Shown one piece after another: positions 1-7,689 of a stretch of DNA of 64,000 nt. A model generated the notes under the pieces. That model saw only the letters and a list, made by a program, of their open reading frames with translations, did not search any database and had not been told where the DNA came from. Origin of the DNA: Deltaproteobacteria bacterium (GTDB taxonomy: Bacteria > Desulfobacterota > Syntrophia > Syntrophales > UBA2210); contig JAFGBH010000008.1 of NCBI GenBank assembly GCA_016933215.1, forward strand, positions 52,854 to 116,853, read 5' to 3'. The first letter of the stretch is position 1. Each line of letters starts with the position of its first letter. A program made the translations under genes and the position numbers.

Positions 1-2
1 AA

Positions 3-1007
3 AGGGAGTTTCAGGATTCCACCGGCAATACAAGATTCAACCTCGGCCCCCTTGCAAGTCGCCTCCAGATGCTGATTAATCTCAACACTACGAGGGGTGC
101 AATCGCCCAGTTTCTTGACGATAACCATACCCACATCACGAGGGAGAACCGCCACAACCTGATGGCACATTTCAATGAGTATCTTGACAGTGCCTATGCG
201 ATGCTCATGAATGAACCACGGCCCTACGAGGACAATCTCAGACAGGTAAGGGCGTATGAAAAACGATTGGAAAAGCTTGGTGAAAAATCTTTCTCACTTC
301 TGACGCAGAAAGAAATAGAGGAGATGAGGGAGATTATAGAATTACTCGTGAGAAGGTTGAAAGATATCATGTCTCGCCGCTTCGTCTCGAATGACCGGGG
401 AGTCCTTGATGTAAAAAAGACCCTGAGAAGGGCCGCCAAGTATCAGGGGGTTCCTGTGGAGATTATGTTCAGGAAGCGACCGCCGCGGAAGGGAAAAATT
501 GTGACCCTTTGCGATGTCTCCAGTTCCGTGTGGTCCGCCGCCCGGTTCATGCTGAACATACTCTACTCGCTCCAGGAGTGTTTCACAAAGGTGAAGAGCT
601 TTATCTTCGTCTCGGGACTCACCGAAGTATCCGAGATATTTGATAAATACGAGATCAATCAGGCGATAGCAAAGGTATTGAGCGAGGCGGATATCGAATA
701 TAACGTCCCCACGGACTATGGCGAGACCTTCAGGGACTTCAGAAAAAGCCACATGGATATATTAAACAAGAAGACCACCCTCATAATCATAGGAGACGCC
801 CGTTCAAACTACTTCAGTGCGGAGGATGGGATACTGGAGGAGATGCGTGAAAAATCGAGGAGGGTCATATGGCTCAACCCGGAACCGGAACAGACCTGGT
901 ATACGGGCGACAGCGAAATGTATGCCTATAAACAGCACTGCAATGAGGTACGGCCCTGCAGAAACCTGAATCAGCTTCTCGCTTTCGTCGAGGAGCTGAT
1001 ACTGTGA
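3..1007 (+). CDS. VWA domain protein, CoxE-like (5' end probably outside window)
   Basis: ORF 69..1007, with the frame open back to base 3. 'KIVTLCDVSSSVWSAARF' is a DxSxS-type MIDAS region and 'VIWLNPEP' lies in the C-terminal part, as in VWA partners of MoxR/CoxD ATPases. Confidence 0.7.
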   Translation, partial: REFQDSTGNTRFNLGPLASRLQMLINLNTTRGAIAQFLDDNHTHITRENRHNLMAHFNEYLDSAYAMLMNEPRPYEDNLRQVRAYEKRLEKLGEKSFSLLTQKEIEEMREIIELLVRRLKDIMSRRFVSNDRGVLDVKKTLRRAAKYQGVPVEIMFRKRPPRKGKIVTLCDVSSSVWSAARFMLNILYSLQECFTKVKSFIFVSGLTEVSEIFDKYEINQAIAKVLSEADIEYNVPTDYGETFRDFRKSHMDILNKKTTLIIIGDARSNYFSAEDGILEEMREKSRRVIWLNPEPEQTWYTGDSEMYAYKQHCNEVRPCRNLNQLLAFVEELIL

Positions 1008-1069
1008 TCTTTTAAAGGCGGGGTGACAAAAAATCGAATCTCACCCCGCCATATCTCACGTCCCGAAGA

Positions 1070-1786
1070 CTACACCATAAGGTTGAGCGGTTCGATATAT
1101 TCGGGATCCTCTTTCTCCATAATCTCCACAATCCACTTATGAAGGCGGATCTTATGCTGCTCCAGTATGGCCCTCTTCTTAACAAAAGTCTTTGCAAAGG
1201 CAACCGATTCTTTCATTAATTCCTCTTCGTTTTCACAGGCCTTCACAATGACGTGATTTTCCTCGAGTTCAACCGCTGATTCTCTCTTGCCGCTGAAGAT
1301 CAAATATTCAGCCTCATAGTAGGGCATCGACTTCTTCACAATGGCAAGCATGGCAGGGAGGAAGGGAATGCTTATATCGACCTCGGGAAAACAGAAGTAA
1401 CCCCGATCCTTCCTCATAAATCGAAAGTCGCAGGCACAGGCGAGGAGCGTCCCGTCACCGAAGGCATGACCGTTGATGGCCGCGATGACCGGCATTGGAT
1501 AATAGAGGATTCTCTTAAAAACCCTGTTCAAACCGTACATAAAATCCTTGATATTCTGGTATTCCTTATTGGCCATTGCACCCCCGATCCATTCGAGATC
1601 TATTCCGAGCGACCAGTTCTTGGGATCGCTCGATGTCATCACAACCGAATAGATCGACTCGTCTTTCTCGATCTCGTCAAAGGCCTCGAGAACGGCATTC
1701 ACAAAATCAGGATTATGTCTGTTTTCACCGTTATTCAGCGTCATAATCGCAACCGTTTCATCCTTTTTCCACTCTACAATACTCAT
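1070..1786 (-). CDS. enoyl-CoA hydratase/isomerase (crotonase) family protein
   Basis: 238 aa. The N-terminus 'VAIMTLNNGENRHN' and 'AAINGHAFGDG' resemble the crotonase fold oxyanion-hole region. Confidence 0.75.
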   Translation of the reverse strand: MSIVEWKKDETVAIMTLNNGENRHNPDFVNAVLEAFDEIEKDESIYSVVMTSSDPKNWSLGIDLEWIGGAMANKEYQNIKDFMYGLNRVFKRILYYPMPVIAAINGHAFGDGTLLACACDFRFMRKDRGYFCFPEVDISIPFLPAMLAIVKKSMPYYEAEYLIFSGKRESAVELEENHVIVKACENEEELMKESVAFAKTFVKKRAILEQHKIRLHKWIVEIMEKEDPEYIEPLNLMV

Positions 1787-1814
1787 CTATTCCTCCTTCA
1801 TATCCAAAATATTA

Positions 1815-1940
1815 TTCGACCGGGAGCGCACCCTCAATCCCCGCCTTGAAGGCGGGGTCAAGGGGCGCAACATAATTAATCTATTCCTTACCAAGAAGCC
1901 CCGCCCTGCAGGCGGCGGGGTGCTTCACAACTGAGCGAAA
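1815..1940 (-). repeat. copy of the dispersed modular hairpin repeat family (divergent)
   Basis: Two GC hairpins, ccccgccttgaaggcgggg and ccccgccctgcaggcggcgggg, flank an AT-rich spacer. The reverse complement aligns with the GAAGCxCCCCGC...TAAGGAA...CCCCGC...GCGGGGA..GCGCTC consensus seen at 3891, 42484 and 56522. Confidence 0.6.
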
Positions 1941-1960
1941 CAGCCATTAATTCCCCCATA

Positions 1961-3766
1961 TCAGGGGATTTTCAACTTCTGCCCCACATAGATACGATTT
2001 TTTGACTTCAGGTTATTAAGGCTCATCAGCGCCTCAACCGTAGTCCCGTTTCTTCTGGCAATCTCCTCGAGCGTATCACCCCTCTTTATCCTGCAGGTCG
2101 TCGTCGCTGGGGGATTAGAGGACACCCTGAGCTTCTGTCCCACATAGATCCTGTTTTTTGATTTCAGTTCATTCAGTCTCACCAGGTCACTCACGCTCGT
2201 ACCGTAACTCCTGGCAATCAGTTCAAGCTGGTCACCCCGTTTCACGGTATAGACCGTGACGGGAAGTTCCGATGGAATCTTGAGACGCTGGCCAACATAA
2301 ATCCTGTTCCTTGATTTCAGTTCATTCAGTCTCACCAGTGTACCAACAGTCGTTCCGTAATTCCTGGCAATTTCCTCAAGTTTATCTCCCCGCTTCACGG
2401 TATAGGACGTCACAGGGAGTTCCGACGGAATCTTGAGTCGCTGACCTATCAATATCCTGTTCTTCGATCTCAGTTGATTCGCTTTCAGCAAGGTGGCGAT
2501 CGTTGTCCCGTTTCTTCTGGCGATCTTCTCCAGGGTATCGCCCCGTTTCACCTGGTAGGTATGATAGATAACTTCTTCCGCGGTATAATCTTTCTGGGGC
2601 TGTGCGGCCGCCCGTTCTGCCCAGGTCTTGTCCGCTTCGTAAGGAAGGGGAATAAATTCATTGACGGCAGAGGCAATAGCCCAGGCAACGTCGGTCTGAT
2701 AGGCGGAACTTCTCAGGAGAACCTCCTCTCTTGGGTTCGAGATATAGGCAGTTTCCACCAGAACCGACGGAATATCGGGAAGCTTGAGAACCCTGAAGGG
2801 CGCCATGTGGACCTTGGAAAACTTGAGACGATTTACCTTTTTGACGTCACTGAGAACCATGGTGCCGAATTCTATCGACTGATTTATCGTCTCCGTCTGG
2901 AGCATATTGAGGGTGATGGGATCTGATTCGTCATTATTATGACCGTTTTCCGACCCTCCGATAATGTCTGACAGGTTCTGACTCTTCGCAAGGAGTCGTG
3001 CCGCCTCGTTTGTTGCTCCCCTCGTCGAAAGGCAATAGACAGAGGAACCTCGTACTCCCCTGTTTCTGCAGGCATCGGCATGAATGCTTATGAAGAGATC
3101 AGCCCCGTATTGCCGTGCCGCTTTCATCCTCTCTTTAAATGAAACATAGTAGTCCCCTTCTCTGGTAAGGAAGGCTTCATATCCCCGCTGCTTCAAGATA
3201 TCACGTAATTTTTTTGAAATACCGAGGACGATGTCTTTTTCCAGTGTCTTTCTCCTGCCTATTGCTCCCGGATCTTCACCCCCATGACCGGGATCGATGA
3301 CGACGACCCTTTTCCTTTCCAGGGTCTTTATCTTTTCTCTCTCCTCAATCGTTTTTCTCTCAATCTCGGGAATCTTAATATCGATAACAATTCTGTGAGG
3401 TTTATCAAGTATTTTACCTAACTTAAAGTCCTCAACACTGACACCGTCGGCAACAGACAGCTCAAATCTTACCTTCTTTTCAGGAAGATCCGTGATAAGA
3501 ATTTTTTCAACGGCCGGTTCATTGAGAAAATACTCTCTCTCCAGCGAGGGAGAAACGTCGGCATTGTCGATATCGACAGATATTTTTCCGTCTTCCTCTG
3601 CCACACGATACTGCGTATCTGCGCTCGTATCGATCACGACTCGCGTATATTCGGGAGCCGTCCAGTGCCGAACACTTAAAACATGAATCGTACCCGATGC
3701 TTCGGGGGAAGGAATGGTCGCGCACAGAAACAGAAGAAGAAAGGCGATATAGAATATCTTTCTCAT
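1961..3766 (-). CDS. N-acetylmuramoyl-L-alanine amidase (AMIN-like N-terminus, Amidase_3 domain, four C-terminal LysM repeats)
   Basis: Signal peptide; 'VVVIDPGHGGEDPGA' and 'ISIHADA' amidase_3 motifs; four repeats of the type 'Y.VKRGD.LE.IAR..GT....L..LN.LKS.NRIYVGQ.LKIP'. Confidence 0.9.
   Translation of the reverse strand: MRKIFYIAFLLLFLCATIPSPEASGTIHVLSVRHWTAPEYTRVVIDTSADTQYRVAEEDGKISVDIDNADVSPSLEREYFLNEPAVEKILITDLPEKKVRFELSVADGVSVEDFKLGKILDKPHRIVIDIKIPEIERKTIEEREKIKTLERKRVVVIDPGHGGEDPGAIGRRKTLEKDIVLGISKKLRDILKQRGYEAFLTREGDYYVSFKERMKAARQYGADLFISIHADACRNRGVRGSSVYCLSTRGATNEAARLLAKSQNLSDIIGGSENGHNNDESDPITLNMLQTETINQSIEFGTMVLSDVKKVNRLKFSKVHMAPFRVLKLPDIPSVLVETAYISNPREEVLLRSSAYQTDVAWAIASAVNEFIPLPYEADKTWAERAAAQPQKDYTAEEVIYHTYQVKRGDTLEKIARRNGTTIATLLKANQLRSKNRILIGQRLKIPSELPVTSYTVKRGDKLEEIARNYGTTVGTLVRLNELKSRNRIYVGQRLKIPSELPVTVYTVKRGDQLELIARSYGTSVSDLVRLNELKSKNRIYVGQKLRVSSNPPATTTCRIKRGDTLEEIARRNGTTVEALMSLNNLKSKNRIYVGQKLKIP
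1964..2580 (-). repeat. intragenic tandem repeats encoding the four LysM modules
   Basis: The 27-mer gatttcagttcattcagtctcaccag occurs exactly at about 2160 and about 2311. The period of about 150-190 bp corresponds to the LysM units. Confidence 0.7.
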
Positions 3767-3890
3767 TTTCCGGGGGAATCTCCTCTTTGGAGCGGGAGTC
3801 TAACAGCTTTGGCAAAAGTTTACAACCCTGTTTAGAAAAGGGATTGACAAGAGTGTATCGAAGTGACATTTTGCGTGTAAAGAAAATGGA

Positions 3891-3996
3891 AGCTTCCCGC
3901 AATCCCGTATAAACGGGATTAAGGAAAATGTTTGTTTTTTATTCGCTCGCATTCCCCGCCGCAAGCAGCGGGGAATGCGCTCGCTGTTCAATTGAA
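3891..3996 (+). repeat. dispersed modular hairpin repeat, full copy
   Basis: cccgcaatcccgtataaacgggattaaggaaaat + AT-rich spacer + attcgctcgc..ccccgccgcaagcagcggggaatgcgctcgctgttcaattgaa. Lies between genes, just upstream of metF. Confidence 0.8.
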
Positions 3997-4001
3997 GGTG
4001 T

Positions 4002-4883
4002 GTGTCAATGAAAATAAGGGAGCTGCTGAAGGATGATTTCCCTACTCTCTCATTCGAGTTTTTCCCCCCAAAACGTGAGGGAAATATTGATAGCCTTTAT
4101 CTGGCAATCAATGAACTCATAACCCTTACACCGAGTTTTGTCTCCGTTACCTACGGTGCAGGTGGAACTACACGGGACAAGACTGTGGAGATCGCATCAA
4201 AAATCAAGAACGATTTCGGGCAGGAGGTCCTCGCGCACCTTACCTGCGTGCAGTCGACCCAGGACGATATCGCCGAGATCCTCGGTGATTTGAAAGAGCA
4301 TAACATAGAGAACATACTGGCCTTGAGGGGAGACCCCCCGGGAGATGACAAGGTCTTTATGAAGGTCGAAGGGGGGTTCGGTTATGCCAATGAACTTGTG
4401 GAGTTCATCCGTTCTCACGACCAATTTTCTATCGGCGTAGCCGGTTATCCCGAAGGTCACATCGAGGCTCCGAACCTCGATACTGACATTGTCAACCTGA
4501 AGCGCAAGGTCAACGCCGGCGCCGATTTCATCATTACCCAGATATGTTTTGAAAACGACAGTATCTACCACTTCCGTGACAGGGCACGCTCCCTCGGCAT
4601 CGAGGCACCGATTATTGCGGGTATCTTCCCCATCTTCAACTTCAAGCAGATACAGAAGATGACGACGCTCTGCGGTGCGACCATTCCCTCAAATCTGGAG
4701 AGGAGCCTCTCACGGGTAAGCGAGAAAAACGAGGAGATCGAAAAATACGGCATAGAATACGCGATACGACAGAGCGAGGACCTTTTAAAAAACGGCATCT
4801 CGGGACTGCACTTCTACAGCATGAACAAAAGCAGCCACGTCATCAAGATTGTTGAAGAACTTTCGATTCCCAAAGGCGGATAG
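4002..4883 (+). CDS. metF: 5,10-methylenetetrahydrofolate reductase
   Basis: 'SFEFFPPK', 'VSVTYGAGG' and 'HLTC' are MetF motifs. ATG at 4008, preceded by GAAGGTG, is the likelier start; 4002 is a GTG. Confidence 0.9.
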   Translation: MSMKIRELLKDDFPTLSFEFFPPKREGNIDSLYLAINELITLTPSFVSVTYGAGGTTRDKTVEIASKIKNDFGQEVLAHLTCVQSTQDDIAEILGDLKEHNIENILALRGDPPGDDKVFMKVEGGFGYANELVEFIRSHDQFSIGVAGYPEGHIEAPNLDTDIVNLKRKVNAGADFIITQICFENDSIYHFRDRARSLGIEAPIIAGIFPIFNFKQIQKMTTLCGATIPSNLERSLSRVSEKNEEIEKYGIEYAIRQSEDLLKNGISGLHFYSMNKSSHVIKIVEELSIPKGG

Positions 4884-4920
4884 CGAAAAATACTGTTGAA
4901 TATTACGACCACACATAGTA

Positions 4921-4995
4921 TTGAATTGACCAGCGAGCGAATACAAAATTAACATTTTCCTTAATCCCGCTTATACGGGCGGGGAGCTTTAATTT
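4921..4995 (-). repeat. dispersed modular hairpin repeat, partial copy in inverted orientation
   Basis: The reverse complement reads aaagctccccgcccgtataagcgggattaaggaaaatgttaattttgtattcgctcgctggtcaattcaa. Confidence 0.75.
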
Positions 4996-5059
4996 GAGAC
5001 CGTAAGGGAAAAGCCCGCGAGAAGAGAGGCGGGCTTTAATTATATGGAATCAATAAAAA

Positions 5060-5136
5060 GGGCGATTAGCTCAGCAGGATAGAGCGTTGGCCTCCGGAGC
5101 CGAAGGTCACGGGTTCGAATCCCGTATCGCCCTCCA
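5060..5136 (+). tRNA. tRNA-Arg (anticodon CCG), encoded CCA end
   Basis: Cloverleaf folded by hand: acceptor GGGCGAT/ATCGCCC, D arm GCTC..GAGC, anticodon stem TTGGC/GCCGA with loop CTCCGGA (anticodon CCG), T arm ACGGG-TTCGAAT-CCCGT, discriminator T plus CCA. Confidence 0.9.
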
Positions 5137-5471
5137 GAATATAATTGATAACTTAAACTGTATAACGTGACTGAATTGAATGCTACTTTCCACATTACCA
5201 CACGTTATACACCACCGCGCAGCTGGCTAATTCTTAATCATTACGCGCGAAATAAAAGACGATGTGTTCCGCCTGCAGATCAACAGGATCATACAAGGGT
5301 GATAATCGAAGATTGGAATGTTATAGATTTACCGCCACTGTCTTGGGGCGCTCTTTTTTTTGCGTTCCTGTCAGCAGCATGTTATCTGTAACGTTTTTTT
5401 TATAATTTCTTTAGCTCGTAGATACTCTATATTTCCTCTATGGTACTCATCGGGATACGGTTTATATCATG

Positions 5472-5545
5472 AATTAACTTCGGAATATCGTCAGGCATCA
5501 GGGGAGCCGGTGCCGGCCGGCGGCCCTTGCATACCCTGGTTAGAT
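5472..5545 (-). other. attC-like site (distal, degenerate)
   Basis: Minus strand: R'' ATCTAAC overlaps the relE stop codon and R' is GTTAATT. The arms pair only with bulges. Confidence 0.45.
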
Positions 5546-5800
5546 TTCGCTTTTGTAAACATCCTTACGATTGCCGATTCTGAGGATAAGGATATCAAGA
5601 CCCAACAGGGCATAGATCACCCTATAGTCACCGACGCGGTAATTGCGAAGCCCGGCAAACTGACCCTTGAGCACAGGATTGGATTCAGGCTGCTTGATCA
5701 GATCCTTCTCAATGAGGTCAAGGATACGTTTCGCCTCGGGCTTCGATAGCTTCTTGAGGTCGCGGTGAATCGACTTCTTGTAGACGATATTATAGGCCAA
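5540..5800 (-). CDS. relE: type II toxin, RelE/ParE family
   Basis: 86 aa. 'LKGQFAGLRNYRVGDYRVIYAL....ILILRIGNRKDVY' is the classic RelE/StbE pattern. Overlaps the upstream antitoxin gene by 11 nt. Confidence 0.85.
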   Translation of the reverse strand: MAYNIVYKKSIHRDLKKLSKPEAKRILDLIEKDLIKQPESNPVLKGQFAGLRNYRVGDYRVIYALLGLDILILRIGNRKDVYKSEI

Positions 5801-6008
5801 GAGACTTCCTCATCTCTTTGGATGAAATAACTTCATCCCCCTTGTCATGGAGTCGGTCCAGGGCGATCTGGAGATCCGCGAAATCCTCGATATAGGACTC
5901 CAGGGCCTTCTGAATGATGAAAGAGCGAGGTCTTTCGGTCTCTTTGGCTATACTATCGAGTTGGCTAGCAAGATTCTTGGGAAGTCGTACTGATATCGCT
6001 GTATTCAT
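5790..6008 (-). CDS. ribbon-helix-helix antitoxin (RelB/CopG type)
   Basis: 72 aa. The N-terminal 'ISVRLPKNLASQLDSIAKETERPRSFIIQKALESYI' is an RHH motif. RBS AGGAGG lies upstream. Confidence 0.8.
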   Translation of the reverse strand: MNTAISVRLPKNLASQLDSIAKETERPRSFIIQKALESYIEDFADLQIALDRLHDKGDEVISSKEMRKSLGL

Positions 6009-6036
6009 GGTGTACCTCCTGTCATTTATGTATTAA

Positions 6037-6065
6037 AATGTATGCAGGAATGTCTGTTTTGTCAA
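6037..6065 (-). promoter_or_regulatory. sigma70-like promoter inside the RelBE cassette
   Basis: Minus strand: TTGACA, 17-nt spacer, TACATT, about 30 nt upstream of the antitoxin ATG. Confidence 0.5.
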
Positions 6066-6078
6066 GTAGATTTTCGAA

Positions 6079-6139
6079 ATCTAACACTGCTCTTCAGCGG
6101 GCGCGGTTTTTTGCGATCCGCTGAAAGAGCTTGTTCGAA
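6079..6139 (-). other. integron attC site (61 bp)
   Basis: Minus strand: R'' TTCGAAC, then AAGCTCTTTCAGCGG ... CCGCTGAAGAGCAGT, then R' GTTAGAT, which matches GTTRRRY perfectly. Starts 6 nt after the hemerythrin stop. Confidence 0.8.
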
Positions 6140-6144
6140 ATTTA

Positions 6145-6681
6145 TTACCGCCTTTCGAATCCTTCAACCAAGGATTTGTATTTCTCGTGAATCATATTCC
6201 GATCGAACTCCCAGAATTCTGCCAGCATGGCCTGATCCTCTTCATCAGTAAAGTAAGTTCTGGTTGAAGGAAAAAAAACCTTATCTTCTTTCTCGATATG
6301 TCTGGGATAAAAATCGGTGAGGGTTTGAAGGTTGGTGGAAATGTCGACCAAGGCAGTCTTATCACCATTTCGGTAGCGTGAGTTGGCTTCGACAAGCGCT
6401 TTGGTTGTCTGGCGACCAAACACGTGTTCATCTATCAGTTCTTTCATGATTTTCCGGTCTTCTGAGGTCAGCGGTTTTTTATTCAATTCTCGGAAAAGAA
6501 TATCTTCCTCTTTCCCGTGATGCGTACGGTCGGCGTATACCCGGATGAAATCAACCGCAATATCCACGAACACAGGATCCACCTCTTGTTTCGATTCGAT
6601 TTTGCCCAGAACGCCTTTGATAACCAAAAGCATCCGCTCAATAAGACGATGTTCTATCATGAGTGAGCCTCGTGCTTGCAT
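6145..6681 (-). CDS. hemerythrin-like metal-binding domain protein (integron cassette)
   Basis: 178 aa. 'IEHRLIERML' and 'YADRTHHGKEEDILF' resemble hemerythrin HHE cation-binding motifs. Strong RBS AGGAGG. Confidence 0.65.
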   Translation of the reverse strand: MQARGSLMIEHRLIERMLLVIKGVLGKIESKQEVDPVFVDIAVDFIRVYADRTHHGKEEDILFRELNKKPLTSEDRKIMKELIDEHVFGRQTTKALVEANSRYRNGDKTALVDISTNLQTLTDFYPRHIEKEDKVFFPSTRTYFTDEEDQAMLAEFWEFDRNMIHEKYKSLVEGFERR

Positions 6682-6703
6682 ACTAGTACCTCCTTTTTTT
6701 ACT

Positions 6704-6763
6704 TTCGAACGCTCCGGCTTTGCGGCGAACGAAGCAAGTCCGTCAACAGCCGGTTGTTATGAC
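6704..6763 (-). other. integron attC site (60 bp)
   Basis: Minus strand: R'' TCATAAC, then AACCGGCT ... AGCCGGAGC, then R' GTTCGAA. Confidence 0.75.
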
Positions 6764-6796
6764 CTTCCCTTTTATTCAGAGTCCGTATCGCTTTCC

Positions 6797-7441
6797 TCAT
6801 GATGACAATTTGGACTTTATACCCAAAGCCGATATCCAGTTTCTTTCTACGGATTCATGAACCTCAATGGTTTCATAGCCTGCTGCTGTCAGGAATTCCC
6901 GGTAACCTGCAGGAGTGTGGAGGTGCATATCCGCCCAGGAGGCCCACTTCCTATTTCGCTCTTGGAATTTTTCGTTCTCATAGACCTCGTTCACAAGTAG
7001 CAGTGTACCTCCTGGCAATAGCACACGCTTGATTTCTTGGAGGTCATTGTGAAGATCCGGCCAAAAATAGTAGGCTTCAAATGCAGTAACGAGGTCAAAG
7101 GTGTTGTCAGCAAATGGCAAAGATGAAACCGACCCTTGGTTGATTTCTATTCGACCTTTTTCCATCAGCCCCTTATTCACCTTCTTTGCCAATAGCACCA
7201 TATCTTGGGAATAGTCGATTCCATAGAGCTTTGCTCTCGGAAATATTGAAGCCATATCTCGAAGAGCTGCCCCTCCGCCACAACCAATATCAAGGACGGA
7301 GACATAGGACTCTGAAGATATGTAGCTGAGACCCCAACGCCTGACTTTTGAATGGCCGGCATTCATGGCCCTGCCTACGACTCTTCCAAGAAACCCTTGA
7401 GGTTTCCGGCACTGTCTTACAAACTTCTCTACAAATCCCAT
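6797..7441 (-). CDS. class I SAM-dependent methyltransferase (integron cassette)
   Basis: 214 aa. 'VLDIGCGGGAA' is the SAM-binding motif I and 'FDLVTAFEAYYFW' is of the Methyltransf_11 type. Confidence 0.8.
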   Translation of the reverse strand: MGFVEKFVRQCRKPQGFLGRVVGRAMNAGHSKVRRWGLSYISSESYVSVLDIGCGGGAALRDMASIFPRAKLYGIDYSQDMVLLAKKVNKGLMEKGRIEINQGSVSSLPFADNTFDLVTAFEAYYFWPDLHNDLQEIKRVLLPGGTLLLVNEVYENEKFQERNRKWASWADMHLHTPAGYREFLTAAGYETIEVHESVERNWISALGIKSKLSS

Positions 7442-7462
7442 CAGAGATTTTCCTTATGCTGG

Positions 7463-7612
7463 TCATAACGACGAGTTGAGCGGTTCGACGGCAGGCTGCC
7501 GAGCTTGCTCGGTAAGGTTGCTGTCGAAAGCGCTCGAACGATTTGTTCGAACGCGCGAATCAGCGCGCGGTCGGACTAATCGGGCGAGTGCGAAAGCGCA
7601 ACTCGCCGTACG
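7463..7612 (-). repeat. 150-bp structured attC-like element, copy A (about 90% identical to 11211..11359)
   Basis: Outer pairing aacgacgagttg/caactcgccgt. Internal hairpins tgccgag-cttg-ctcggta, cgcgcg-aatcag-cgcgcg and gtgc-GAAA-gcgc. Minus-strand end GTTATGA lies 22 nt before the methyltransferase ATG. Confidence 0.7.
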
Positions 7613-7616
7613 TTCC

Positions 7617-7679
7617 GCATAACCGGCTGGCAAAGGAGCGCAGCGGATTTGCCAGTCCGAGTTGATGCGGTTGTTAGGC
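7617..7679 (-). other. integron attC site (63 bp)
   Basis: Minus strand: R'' GCCTAAC, then CCGCATCAACTCGGACTGGCAAA ... TTTGCCAGCCGGTTATGCGG, with three unpaired bases on one arm. R' is GTTATGC. Confidence 0.75.
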
Positions 7680-7689
7680 GACACAAAGT

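Noticed and set aside
5167-5749. ORFs 5167..5391 (+) and 5360..5749 (+) between tRNA-Arg and relE, considered as possible remnants of a tRNA-targeting phage integrase or genomic island.
   Set aside because: There are no recombinase motifs and no RBS. The second ORF overlaps relE in antisense. The only tyrosine recombinase nearby carries the IntI-specific insertion, so the region fits the end of the integron array better than a tRNA-integrated island.
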